Source of the DNA: Octopus vulgaris
Taxonomy: Eukaryota
NCBI GenBank assembly: GCA_951406725.2
Contig: OX597820.1
Span: 70,742,001 to 70,806,000, forward strand
Reading direction: 5' to 3'
DNA: 64,000 bases
The stretch's first letter is position 1. Each line of letters begins with the position of its first letter. Below are positions 26,566-39,574 of the stretch, one piece after another. Both the position numbers and the translations under genes were made by a program. Under the pieces are notes generated by a model, which ran no database searches, had not been told where the DNA came from, and saw only the letters and a program-made list of their open reading frames with translations.

Positions 26566-27219
26566 ATTTCACTTCTGCTGTGTCTGGGCTGCTTCCAGAA
26601 GCAACTACCTGACCTCAAGTATATACCACTTTTCCACTCGTGGATACAATACACAGGAAAGACAAGTCAATATGTTCACTGCATCCGTGGAGCCCAAGAG
26701 AATATCAGATACTGGTTAAATATAACCGTACATAAATGCTTTAGGGTTCCTTCCTCCGGATTTTCTCTAAGGCTTTATTACCTTAATCTTTTTAAGATAC
26801 TCTACAAATTATCCCCACAAGACAGCAGGGTTTTATCATTATAGTGGTGATGGTTTGTGCAGATCCAGTCCTAATCTTTTGTCCTTGAAACTTGAATTAG
26901 TTTGATACAACAAGCATCACGATTCCAGTAGTTATCAGGACTTGGAATCTGAATGAAGTTACCTTCTCTTGCATGAGAACCAAAAAATCTGAAGCGCTGC
27001 ATCTGACCTGGGATGACTGTAAGTGACCTTCTTCCAAAAGCAATTCTGTGATATGCTAATTAATCACTATTGGAAACCCTGACAGTTGCTTCTTCTCCGG
27101 GTCAGAATAGACCTGGGAACATCGTGGCTCACCGGTGTTTCCACACTCTTCAAAACTCAGGAATTCCTGAACCAAGGCCCCACTACCGGTTGTGGTTTAA
27201 AGTCATACACAGGACGTAA

Positions 27220-27486
27220 TTGTTAAGTACTTGAACAAAAATCTGTTCTCTGGATTGGCATTTCGACCCTTCTGGCCAATAATGTTGCACGGAAGGAGGT
27301 GGAGAAACTGCCATAGCAGAAATATATTGAACCTAAAACAAACTGGCTGTGGGGTCTGAAAGCACAAATATTACCTGTAATGATTAAGTCACAGGTATGA
27401 TAAAGAAGAGCATGCACATAAATATAAAAATCATGCCAGGTCTCAAAACCCCAGAAATAACTCTGCTCGGTGCAAACCGCATTCTA
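27220..27486 (+). mobile_element. RLE-LINE 3' remnant truncated by the mariner insertion
   Basis: Broken NNVARKEVEKL, WGLKAQILPVMI, ITLLGANRIL motifs parallel the RLE tails at 30000-30200 and 31850-32060. Confidence 0.5.
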
Positions 27487-28022
27487 TCGGGTTGTCCGAA
27501 AAGTTCGTGCACATTTATAGTAGTTTAACTTTCAAATTATTTTAGAACATGGTCGAGTCCATAAAATAGGATTTGGCTACACCTCCATTTAGAGCACAGT
27601 AAACTGTGCTCTAATGTTTATGTTCCTATAACCTGTGTTAATTCTGTAACCATTTAAAATGGAAGATAAGAAAGTTCATTTTCGGCACTTGATGCTTTGG
27701 GAACCAGACAAAAATTGCTGCAGCTCGGCTGGGATGTGTTACCCCAGCCTCTATATTCACCAGATATTGCTCCTTCGGATTTCCACTTATTCAGGTCTCT
27801 GCAGAATAGTCTTAACGGTAAAAATTTCAATTCCTTGGATGACGTAAAAAGATACCTTGATGAATTCTTTGCCATGAAACCACCTCAATTCTGGGAAGAG
27901 GGTATTTTCAAATTAAAGGAAGGATGGAGACGCATATTTGGTTGATTAAAAATGTAATGGCAAGTATTTATTGACCTTTTTCTTTCCTTTAAAAATCGGC
28001 ATGAACTTTACGGACAACCCAA
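27487..28022 (+). mobile_element. Internally deleted mariner element with TIRs and TA target duplication
   Basis: TIRs tcgggttgtccgaaaagttcgtgc / gcatgaactttacggacaacccaa; N-terminus MEDKKVHFRHLMLWE joined out of frame to C-terminus YSPDIAPSDFHLFRSLQN. Confidence 0.93.
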
Positions 28023-28027
28023 TATAT

Positions 28028-28430
28028 AGGATATGACTGAGGGATTAAGAAGTTCACTTTGCAACCACGTGATTCCAGGTTCAGTGCCACTGCGCGGCAC
28101 CGGGGGCAAATGTCTTCTACTATAGCATCGAGCTGACAAATACTTTGTGCATGAATTTAGTAGATAGAAACTGTGTGGAAGCCCGACATTTACATATGTG
28201 TGTGCTTCTGTGTATGTGTATGTGCATGTGCCTTTGTGTTTGTCCTCTAGCACCACTTGACAACTGGTGTTTGTTTACGCCCCCGTAACTTAGTGGTTCG
28301 GCAAAACTAACCGACAGAATAAGTACCAACCTTTAAAAAAATAAGTACACGATTCAGTTTGATCGACTGAGGTCTTCAAGGTTGTGTCCTAGCATGGCCG
28401 CAGTCCGATGACTGAAACAAGTAGAAAAAG
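28028..28430 (+). mobile_element. SINE family A, diverged
   Basis: GGTTCAGTGCC head, core, microsatellite and tail. Confidence 0.8.
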
Positions 28431-29502
28431 AAAGAGGATATTAATTATACTTTGGACACAATGTACAGATTTTTATTTATATTAAGTTCGACACATCAGT
28501 CGTATTCTTTCCGAATTGTATTCTTCAATTATATATCTTTGGGGTTTTGATTTTGATCGAATCAGTTTCATCTCCTTCGAAGTATCTAAGTATTTGTATA
28601 CTTGGTTCTGTTATATAAATTTTTTTCTGGTTTTAGCGACCGAATCTTATTTAATGTCATAAGCTTCTATTAACTTCGGTACTATATAGCGTATAACTTT
28701 ATTATGCTTATTTTGATATCCAAGCTGCATCTATACAAAAAGAATTTTAGGAGATTCTCCAACTGGGCTCTTACGCTTGCAAATAATCTTAAATTACCCA
28801 TTTCGAGAAGATTGTATAAAATATATGTCTATAATTTATAACTGCTAGTGGTTTTATTCGATAAATATTCAAATGGAGAGAAAGCTAAGTAAACGAATAG
28901 AAGTGATAAAGATTCTCCCTGAAAGATTCTTATTTTTATTCTTATAAAGCTGGTTTTGGACATCTTTTTGCAAAGCAACGAAATAGAATTTGCCATTCTA
29001 ACAGGACAGCGAATGCCTTATTTATTATGTAAATTCAACAGTGCCTATGAGTATGGTGTTATCAAATGCATTTCAATAATAAATCTATGTCATGGTTACA
29101 TTTCTCGTCTCTCTTCTTGCTAGCTTTAATAATTATCCCGGTCACCAATTGCCGTTCTTTACAATCCTACATTCATTTCTCTTCCTTTGATAAGATATTA
29201 TTACTTTCCAGGCGAACAGCCGAGCTATCACAGAGTATAGCTGTGAGAGCTTTGTGTGTTATTGGTAAACAAGTTATTAGTCTGCACTTTGGGAGCCTCG
29301 AATATTTTTGCTTTTGAAAATTAATATCATTTTCCCCTCAAGTAACCTGTTAAGAGTTGATGCTGACCAGTTTAGTAATTCATTAAATGCCGTTGCTATA
29401 GCATTCAGTGTTGTTGTCAATTCATGGAGCCTTCCATTTGCTTGCTGACTTTATCGTGTTGGTGATTTATGCTGTATTTGCCGTGTCACTGAATTAATTA
29501 TC

Positions 29503-29556
<54 letters not shown>

Positions 29557-29562
29557 TAATGT

Positions 29563-29810
29563 GGAGGCGCGTGGCTTAGCGGTTAGGGTGTCAGCATCAT
29601 GATCGTAAGATTGTGGTTTCGATTCCTGGACCGGGCGGCGCGTTGTGTTCTTGAGCAAAACACTTCATTTCACGTTGCTTCAGTCCACTCAGCTGGCAGA
29701 AATGAGTAACGCTGCGATGGATTGGCGTCCCGTCCAGCTGGGGAACACATACGCCATAGAAACCGGGAAACCGGGCCCATGAGCCTGGCTAGGCTTTAAA
29801 AGGGCGCATT
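29563..29810 (+). mobile_element. SINE family C variant inside (TAA)n
   Basis: ggaggcgcgTGGCTTAGCGG...GTTTCGATTCC; flanked by (TAA)n at 29504-29560 and 29818-29853. Confidence 0.88.
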
Positions 29811-29816
29811 TATTTT

Positions 29817-29855
<39 letters not shown>

Positions 29856-29856
<1 letters not shown>

Positions 29857-30210
29857 AATGCTCGGAGGCCTGATAAATTGATGCTCAGAGACTAGATATT
29901 GTTGCTGTCGATAAAGGAAAAAAAGGAAACCAAGATTATAGATATTGCAATATCAGGGGATGCATACATAAGTGACAAAAACCAGAAAAGATTGAAAAGT
30001 ACGGACTACTGAAAGATAAAATTTTAAGAATGTGGACTATAGGGAGAGTGTCTGTCATTCCAGTAGTTGTAGGGGTACTCGGAGCACTAACAACCAAGTT
30101 TGAGAAATATGTCAGACAAAATCGGAATTGACATGAGAGTAGAGCAAGTCCCCCAAAAACTGCTCTACTGGGGAAAGCTAGGATTTTGAGATTGGTATTT
30201 AGATGTTGAA
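29856..30210 (+). mobile_element. RLE-encoding LINE (R4/Dong-like) 3' fragment
   Basis: LDIVAVDK...IIDIAISGD...EKIEKY...VIPVVVGVLGAL...TALLGKARILR, frameshifted. Confidence 0.8.
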
Positions 30211-30599
30211 TGTCTTCGACAATAATTAACAACTAAGTAGCAAAGTTTATAATGTGCGGAAAGAGACTCTGCAAGACCTCTCACAAAAGCCTGCTGTCTG
30301 CTCTCACAGAGCCAACCAGAACAAACAAGACCGAACGCTTTGAGAAGTAAAACGATAATAAACAAAAAACACATGCTGTATACACCTTACCAGCACGAAA
30401 GTGCAGCAAGTGATGCAATAGAAAGTTACTTGAAACTATCAGATGTCGAATAATGATAGTGATGATAACGATGGTGACGAACGTTACCTTACCTCAGTTT
30501 ATGAGAGACAAGACTTTGCCCAGAAACTCTGGTTGTAACAACTAAATGAGGCTGGACCTTTAAGGGAATGCCTCTTGTTCGGCAGTGGTTCAGTACAGA

Positions 30600-32070
30600 T
30601 GCAGACTGACCACAGCTGTTATCCTAAGACAACGTCAGCAATAACAGAGTAAGGAGAAGGAAGAAGACCAGCGAAGAAGATAGGACAGTGGTGCAATGCT
30701 ACTTAGAAAGTGAACCTAAAAGAAGGAGTTATACAAAACGGATGTTAACACTTTAGGTAGAGAAGAGTATTTTTAAAGTAACCGAGCGGAGCTAATGCTA
30801 TTAGAAAAAAGTGGATAACATAACTGGACGTGGAAGAGATCACTAGAGAACTGGAAAAGAAAGACTAGGCAGTAGAAAAGCCAAAGAACAACTTAAGAGA
30901 TACAGTTCAAACCAAAGAACCTAAAGAAAACATAACACCACCGATCAGGAAGGGACAACTAGCACCATCCAAGCTAAATGGTCCAAATCTAATGAAGGCT
31001 GTAAATATCTAGGCAGTATAATTACTTAAATACTCAGCAGCTTTTGTAGATTGGACAAAATCTGAATTGATAAATCTAGACAGAAGAACTAGGAAGGAAT
31101 TCAATATCAATGGTGGACTTCACCCAAGAACAGGAGTAGCAAGATTATACTTACCTAGAAAAGAAGGTGAAAGAGGGTTAATATCAGAAGACTGCATGGT
31201 GTTAGCTAGAGTAGATATAGCCTCCTATGTAGGTACTAGTGAAGAAATCTTATTAAGAGCTGCTAGAGTCACAGTAGGAAATGGGGAAACTAAAAAGTCA
31301 AATGAAGTTAAAAACCAGAAACAAGAAGAAAGATTGTCTGACTGGCAAGAGAAGGTTTTGCAGGAAATAGTAATGGTGAAACATCGATATGGTAGCAGAA
31401 AGGAAGGCTGAAAAGGGAGACAGAAAATTTGTTAGTAGCAGCACAAGACCAAGCATTGAGGACTAATTGGATAAAAGCCAAGATAGATAAAAACCAGGTA
31501 AATTTCCAATGTAGGTTATGTTAATCAAACGAGGAAAGTGTTACTCATATAGTAAGTGAATGTAGCATGCTGGCACAGAAAGAATACAAGATAAGACATG
31601 ACAACCTAGGGAGAGTAATCTACTGGGAGTTAGGTAGAAAGTTAAGATTTGGCCATACTGATAAATGGCATGAACATAAACCTAGTAAACTACAAAAAAG
31701 TAAGAAATATAAGATGTTGGGGAACTTTAACAACCAGACGTACAGAGTAACAGAAGCTAGAAGGCCTGATTTAGTAGTGATAAACAATGAGAATAGAAAG
31801 TGCCAGATAATTGCCTTTACAGTCCCAAATGATGGGAAAGTCAATATGAGAGGTATAGAGAAAACAACAAAGTACCATGACCAAGCCATTGAGTTACAGG
31901 GACTATGAAAAGTGCGGGTAAAATGTATCCCAGTAGTTATAGGTGCATTAGGAACTATCCCTAAAGATTTGAACTGAGGAAATAGGCATAACACCTAGTT
32001 TAGTACAGCTTCAGAAAACAGTATTATTAGAGACAACTAATTTAGGAAGGTTCTTGGAATCTAAGGTTAC
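30600..32070 (+). mobile_element. Decayed R4/Dong-like non-LTR retrotransposon (post-RT, CCHC knuckle, RLE)
   Basis: GGLHPRTGVARLYLPRKEGERGL; CRLC*...HIVSECSMLAQKEYKIRHD; RRPDLVVINNENRKCQII; IPVVIGALG. Confidence 0.88.
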
Positions 32071-32454
32071 TTCTTGTAGCCCGATGTTATGAATTTTTCT
32101 TTTCCAAAAGTTTAGTGACATGTGTAATTTTATCGGGTGGTGATTATGTTTCGTATGGATTACCATAGTTGTGTCACCTGTTTGTTTTAATGTCGAATGG
32201 TGATTGTTTTCTAGAGTGTGTGGAGTGACGGTTGCGTAGGTTGTAATTGGAAGCGGTTGTCAGAATGTGTGTTACATAAACTGTGTTATGTGAGACTGTG
32301 TTGTAATATGAAGTCTTGATTATATAAGACTAGACTATGTGTGGTGTTCGTTTAATCAATGGTAATTGCACAAATATATGAGTTGAGTGCAGAGAGAGTC
32401 ATGGGAGTTAAGCTATTTAATCTTTATCTTTTTATCGTTTTATCTTTTTATCTC

Positions 32455-32842
32455 TTACTTGTTTCAGTCATTTGGGCGTGACCATGTTGGAGCACCGCTT
32501 TAATACGACTTTAGCGGAACAAGTCAACACCAGTATTTAATTTATATGTATGGTATTTATTTTATTGGTTTCTTTTGCCGAACCGCTAATTACAGGGGTG
32601 TAAGCAAACCGACACTGATTGTCAAAGGGAGGTTGAGAACAAGCACAAACAGAGAGACACTCGAGCATACATATGTACGGCGGGATTCCACATGGTTTCC
32701 ATCAACCAAATTTACTCACAAGATATTGATCAACTCGGGGCCATAGTAAAAGGCACTTGTTCAAAATGCCGCACAGTGAGACTGAACCCAAGACCACATG
32801 ATCGCAAAGCAAACGTCTTAACCACACATCCATGCCAGTGCC
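32455..32842 (-). mobile_element. SINE family A, diverged
   Basis: ttacttgtttcagtcatttg...gactgaacccaagaccacatg. Confidence 0.78.
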
Positions 32843-33999
32843 TAAACATTTCCCAGTTATGAACTACGGCTTTAAAATAATAAATTGTAAGTTAAGCGAA
32901 TTGAAAAGCCTGGGTGTAAAATCTATTCATTGCATTTCGATCTTATTTGGAGAACCTTCGTCGTACACGGCGTATTTTGGATGTGTTTAGACCTAGTGGA
33001 GCCCATCCCTCACCAGGTTTGATTACAATCGATTTCTCCCTGGAAGAGACAAGCAGATAGGGATACAAACAGAAGAATCGAGCCAATACAGAACAGGTGT
33101 TTTATTTACCGACCCTGAAAGTTTGACTTCAGCGGTTTTTGAACTCAGAGCGCCAGAATAAATGCCACTCCGGAGACTTCGTCTCTTGACCGTCATGCTC
33201 ACTCACGTCATTACAAAGCGCGCAAAAGGGAAGGCTTTTTGGTGCAAAAAGAGAACTAATGCATCTAACGGCAATAGTTCGGAAGCAAAGTAAGGAAAAA
33301 TTATTAGGTTTATAAGTAAATAGAGAAAACGAGAGAAAAAACGTTTGTAAAATCAACAGCAAATTAGATTGAAGGAAAAGGTTCAGATAAGGAAAGTGAT
33401 AAAAAGCGAAAAGCAGATATGAGATTATTGAGTGAAAATATGTTAATAATAATTTCTACAATTGACGCAGAACCGAATGTTTGTAAAGAAACATAGAATG
33501 TTTAAACAATCGCTACTCAGTAAAATAAACACAAAGCATACTCTTACATAATCGCGAACAGGGTGAGAAGTCAAACGCCAGGGGCAGAACATTTCGTCAG
33601 AGACAGAAGAGTAGTGGTGGTGGTGGTGGTGACAGCGCCGGCGGTGGCAGTTATAGTCGTGTTGGAGGTGGCAGCGACCGTCATGGCTAAGCTGCTGACG
33701 GCAGCAGTGGTGTTGGTGGAGGTCGCCGTCATCGTGTTGATAGTAGTGGCGCCAGCAACGGCAGTAGTGGTTGTGGTGATGGTAGCGACAGTGGTGGTAA
33801 TTGTGATAGTGGCAACGGCAGTGATGAAGTTGGCGATCATGGTTGTGGTAGTTATGGGGATAGATAAATTAGAAGAGTGCCAGCGAAAAGTTATATTTCC
33901 CTCTATATTTTGAAGAGGAGAATCTCCAGACATGTTTGTTAATCGGTTTAGACTGTGTCACGTGATAACTTTCTGGGGCTGCCAGCTGGAGCCTAGCAG

Positions 34000-34265
34000 C
34001 GAGTATTTAAAGGGAAATTTGACAAGACAGTCAGTCGCCCGCTGACACTTGTTGACGCTACATCGAAGAGGCCGGGGAAGAGAAGAAAGAAGGAAAAAGA
34101 AGACATGCACCCAACACCAGAGCTGAAGACACCTCCGAAAGCGGGGGGGGGGGGCAACGTTAAAACGTTAGAGAAGTAGGGGCCGAAACCGGACGTGGTT
34201 CCTCCTGATGATGTCTTGGGCTAAAAGGAGCTGTTGTGGTAGCAGACCACGAAACATGGTTAAAA
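34000..34265 (+). other. Putative PLE pseudo-LTR with TATA/Inr-like spacing and two degenerate HHR-like cores
   Basis: TATTTAAA 34004, TCAGTC 34031; CTGAAGA 34123...GAAAccgg 34185; CTGATGA 34205...GAAAcatg 34251. Confidence 0.35.
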
Positions 34266-34627
34266 TTCCTCCTTCCATGAAATGGAGTTGGTGTGCTTGG
34301 ACTTATTATTTAGTTTGTACGTTAGAATGGGTTCAAATTTTGGCAAAAGACCACCAGTTTTGGGGGAGGCGTAAGTCGATTAAATCGATCCAGTGTGCAA
34401 CTAGTACTTATTTTATCAACCCCGAAAGGATAAAAGGCAAAGTCGACCACGGTGGAATTTGAACATAGAAAAAATTCCGCAAAACTTTTTGTCCACCATA
34501 ATTCGTGTGACATAGCGTTATTAAATTGTCCTATTCTGTAGCGCAAATTGTTTTGTGTATGTATGTATGTACATATGTATGAATGTATGCAGGTATGTGT
34601 ATATGCATGTATGTATGTTTCTATATA

Positions 34628-35011
34628 CTCTTTTACTTGTTTCAGTCATTTGACCGTGGTCGAGAAAATCGACCCTATAACTTATTCTTTGTAAGCCTAG
34701 TACTTATTCTATCGGTATCGTTTGCTGAATCGCTAAGTTACGGGGACATAAACACACCAGCGTCGGTTGTCAAGCGATGTTGAGGGGACAAACACAGACA
34801 CACAAATACATACACATATATATATATATATATAAATATACATATATTCGACAGGCTTCTTTCAGTTTCCGTCTACCAAATCCACTCACAAGGCTTTGGT
34901 CGGCTCGAGGCTATAGTAGAAGATACTTGCTCAAGGTGCCACGCAGTGGGACTGAACCCGGAACCGTGTGGTTCGTAAGCAAGCTACTTACCACACGGCC
35001 ACTCCTACGCC
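34628..35011 (-). mobile_element. SINE family A
   Basis: High identity to 47290-47706. Confidence 0.9.
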
Positions 35012-35287
35012 TGTATTTATATCCTCTTCTTTAATTATTTGGTTCTATCAAGAAACAAAACTTCATTACTGGAATTTGGACAACAAAATCTAGGCGTATT
35101 ACATGATGAAGCTCGTAATACTTCATTTGCAAATAACGCTTAATATTATTATTCGCAAAGCTCATTTTAGCTGATCACTATTTTTGCTTGAAAACGTTTG
35201 CCATTTTCTCTTTTAATAACGTGGGTGAGAGCACCAATACTTATAAAGATAAATATGTTTTAATAATCAGTGTCACACACACACACA

Positions 35288-35358
<71 letters not shown>

Positions 35359-35359
<1 letters not shown>

Positions 35360-36040
35360 AGAAAACAAAATGGAACAAGAACGTAAAAGACGATAACAAA
35401 GCATCAGGACAGTTAGACAATACAAAAAGGACAGGAAAAAAACAAGGACGGGTTATTCGGAGCTTCCTATCTTCAGTCGAGTTCGAGATCATCTTAGCAT
35501 TTTCGGCCGGTTACACTCGAGACTGCTCAAATCTGGCCAACCCCAAGAGAATCTAAGCTAAGAGCACTAGATTCCTTGGAAGAAAGCAAGCGAATGTATA
35601 CGAAAAGAATGACGAAAAACGGAGAAATGGTACATAGTTACAAACACAAACAAAAGATGTCTTTCGACTTAGGATGAATTAAATTAAGCTGGCGTGTGTG
35701 GAAGTGAGGGCCTTACGGCAGGGACATAATAGGTGAAAGTCATAGGAAGGAATATAAGAGATGCTACACGGACGGTAGTCGAACCAAGGAAGAAATGTCA
35801 GGCTTGACGGAACACTGACCACGGGGAAGAAGAGTGAGGTAGGGGCAGAGGGATTGAAGAATTAGGAAGGGACGAGAAAGAGAGAATTGATTGGAAAGGG
35901 ACAGAGTGAAGTAAAAAAGGAGGGAAAGTGAGAATGAAGGGAAGGCCAAGAAATGTGAGAGAGGGGAGCGAGAAAAAGAAAAGTGGAAAGAACGAAGAAA
36001 GTGTGAAGGGAGCTAAAAGAAAGTCAGAGAGTCGTACAGA

Positions 36041-36094
<54 letters not shown>

Positions 36095-36300
36095 TTACAT
36101 ACAGGAGACCGAAAGTGTACGTACGCTACTATATGTATGTGTAAAAACGAAAACAAAAAATGGAACAAGAACGTAAACGGCGACAACAAAATATCCGGAC
36201 AGTTAGACGATACGAAAAAGGACAGGAAAAACAAGGACCGGTCATTCGGAGCTTCTTATCATCAGTCGAGTTCCAGATCATCTTAGCAGTTTCGGCTATC
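35359..36300 (-). mobile_element. Two direct copies of a (TA)n-anchored repeat end (35359-~36040 and 36145-36300)
   Basis: gaaaacaaaatggaacaagaacgtaaa...cagtcgagttc.agatcatcttagca duplicated. Confidence 0.65.
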
Positions 36301-36387
36301 TCATTAAGAGATCATAAATCAATGAAAATACTGGTTAGTTACCAATCTATAGAAAGAACTACTATAAGGTAACCACATAAACCCTAG

Positions 36388-36432
<45 letters not shown>

Positions 36433-36436
<4 letters not shown>

Positions 36437-36919
36437 ACTAAGGAGAAAATGGGGAGGTAATTAATAAAATTATTTATTAATTATAAATTGACAACACCAC
36501 TGACAGCTGTTTCGATTCAGAAATCTTTATGAGAAATACATACATACACATGCAAATGTACACTCACACACTGGGGAATAGATACTTAAGTTTCTCAATA
36601 AAAAGAGTTAGTTACATTTAGTTTACCGGTTTCTTAACTCCTTGATTTTCAATCACAGTGTGAGATGACAGAGCCGGGATCTAAGGCGTATTTGTATTGA
36701 CTCTTCTGGAGTCTAAAACTTGCAGTTTCATAGCCGTTACCTCAACATGTATTTCTAATCGGTATATCTTTACTACCTCTGAAGAGATTCATCTTATAAT
36801 GATTTTAATTTTCTCAAATTAATTATCTAAAGATTTCTGGATCGAAACGGCCATCAGAGATGTCACATTTTATAATTAGTAAATAATTTTATTAATTACC
36901 ACTCCATTTTCTCCTTATT

Positions 36920-36922
<3 letters not shown>
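36433..36922. mobile_element. Head-to-head inverted pair of an HHR element bounded by (TA)n on both sides
   Basis: Arms ~36433-36530 and ~36826-36922; HHR on + at 36775-36860: CTGAAGA-gattca...tggatc-GAAA-cggcca-TC-agag. Confidence 0.8.
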
Positions 36923-36976
<54 letters not shown>

Positions 36977-37405
36977 CTGTATAATAATATATCATGATAA
37001 TATTTATTCTCCGATTTGAAACGACAATTTTTAAATACAAACAAATGACCGAAAAATGATGATCTAACCTCAGGCAGAATCGAAGCCATAAATCAATGCT
37101 TACACGGCTCCTTGAACATCCGATTGGCCAAACTTACAAAGCCTTTCGGGTATGTTTATAAATATTATATATATATATATGTGAAGCGTACATAACAGCA
37201 ACAGCTAGCTATTGTCAGATAAAGGACTCGAGACGTTCATACGCCAGTCAAAAGTTCATATCAATTTGTTACAATATTTCGTCATAAACAACGTATTTCC
37301 ATTTTCCGGCATAGGAAAATCAACTATAGGATAAATTGAAATACACTGTAGTTTGTAAGGATATAATTTCATAATTACATGCATACACCCAAACGTGTGT
37401 ATGTG

Positions 37406-37458
<53 letters not shown>

Positions 37459-37534
37459 GTGTGTGCTTGTATACATCAATATGTGTATTTGTTTTTGTAT
37501 GTTTCCATGTATATCTGTATACGTGTGTTTATGC

Positions 37535-37596
<62 letters not shown>

Positions 37597-37872
37597 ATAT
37601 ATGTGTTTACGTATGCATACATTTATATGCATGTGTGTGTATGTATGCATGAGCATATGCATATATGTTTGTGTGTCTGTATGCAAAAGCTAAAGGTTGT
37701 CTATTGATTTTTCAAGCAGAATAATTCATTTAACTCGACAGTAGGATGAAAACAATTAATTTTAAGATCCTGGCCGCCATGGAGATGCATTTAAAGTGTT
37801 TGGCATAAATTTGAAAAACTGTGAAACCTATAAAATAATACTAATAGTAATCCAATCTATGTGTTTGTGTGT

Positions 37873-37919
<47 letters not shown>

Positions 37920-38846
37920 AATATATAACTGTATAGATACACATATATACATAATTACATATATACATACATACGTAAACACAAGTACATCGTATGGATT
38001 CTGACATATGTAAGAATTTACGTATGTATGTATGTGTGTGTGTATGTATGTATGTATGTAGGTAGGTATGTAGGTAGGTATGTATGAATGTATGTATGTT
38101 TGTATGTATGTATGTATGTATGTATGTGTGTATGTATGTATGTATGTATATATGTATGTATGTATGTTTGCTCCTGTGTTTGATTCGAGTAGATATTCTT
38201 CTATCGAAATATTACTTGTGTTCTCTGCGAGAATGTCTAGAATATTTATTTTCATTAGAATTTAGATTCGATTTAGAAAAATACAATTACAAAAAAAAAA
38301 AAAAGAAAGAAAATAACAAAATGTTTTTTTCTATTAAATGGAAAACGAATTGTTAATGATATACATTTATTCAAGAAGATCAAAAATAACTACATGTCTT
38401 TCCGATAATTGCCATCTATCGACACTTTGGTGACTGTGTTTTCCTTAACCAAATGATGCAACTAGTTAACTGTATAACTGAAGTCATTGTTCTGCCAACA
38501 TCAGACATTATCAGGAGGACTTGAGGTTAAAAACGTTCCAATTACACCACCAAGCATATCTGAGACTACATTTTTTATTGTCTGTCTTTTATTTGTTTCG
38601 GTGATTAGACTGCGACCATGCTGGAGCACGACCTTGAGGTATTTTCGTTGAATAAATCGAAATATTTATTATTATTTTTTTTTGTTTTTTGAAGACTGAT
38701 AAATATTCTATCGCACTTTTTTGTCGAACCGCGCTAATTTACGGGGACGTAAACATACCTACACCGGTTTTCAAGCGGTGGTGGAGAACAAACACAGCCA
38801 CAAGCAAATACATACATACATACACATACACACACACACACATATA

Positions 38847-38887
<41 letters not shown>

Positions 38888-38889
<2 letters not shown>

Positions 38890-39310
38890 TTTTACTCTTT
38901 CTCTTTTACTCTCTGTTACTTGTGACTGTGGCCATGCTAGAGTACCGCCTTTAGTCGAGCAAATCGATCCCAGGACTTATTCTTTGTAAGCCTAGTACTT
39001 ATTTTATCGTCTCTTTTGCCGAACCGCTAAGTTACGGTGAACTAAACACACCAGCATCGGTTGTCAAGCGATGTTGTGTGTGGGGAGGACAAACACAGAC
39101 ACACAAACTTATACACACATATACATATATATATATATATATACATATATACGACGGGCTTCTTTCTGTTTCCATCTACCAAATCCTCTCACAAGGCTTT
39201 GGTCGGCCCGAGACAATAGTAGAAGACACTTGCCCAAGGTGCCACGCAGTGGGACTGAACCTGGAACCATGGGGTTCGTAAGCAAGCTACTTACCACACA
39301 GCCATTCCTA
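38888..39310 (-). mobile_element. SINE family A (older partial copy at 38585-38820)
   Basis: High identity to 47290-47706. Confidence 0.9.
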
Positions 39311-39574
39311 CATACACACACACGCACATACACGCACGCACACACATAAACACACACACACACACACACACAAGGCAATTACAATGAATACAGAGATTAA
39401 TACATCTGCATATTTTTTTCTGCTGTCAATTTTGCAGCATATTTGATTTAAATATGTCCGACGCGCGTTTCTACTCCATAGGCATCTCGTAAATTGCATT
39501 TGCACCCAGTGACACTCAGATAAATATTAGTCTACGTAACTTTATTCAAGATCAAAGCACTGACGTGGTCCGAA

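Noticed and set aside
35440-35520. CTGAAGA/CTGATGA on the minus strand (also ~36260)
   Set aside because: Followed by GAAT rather than GAAA, and no consistent three-stem fold could be built by eye
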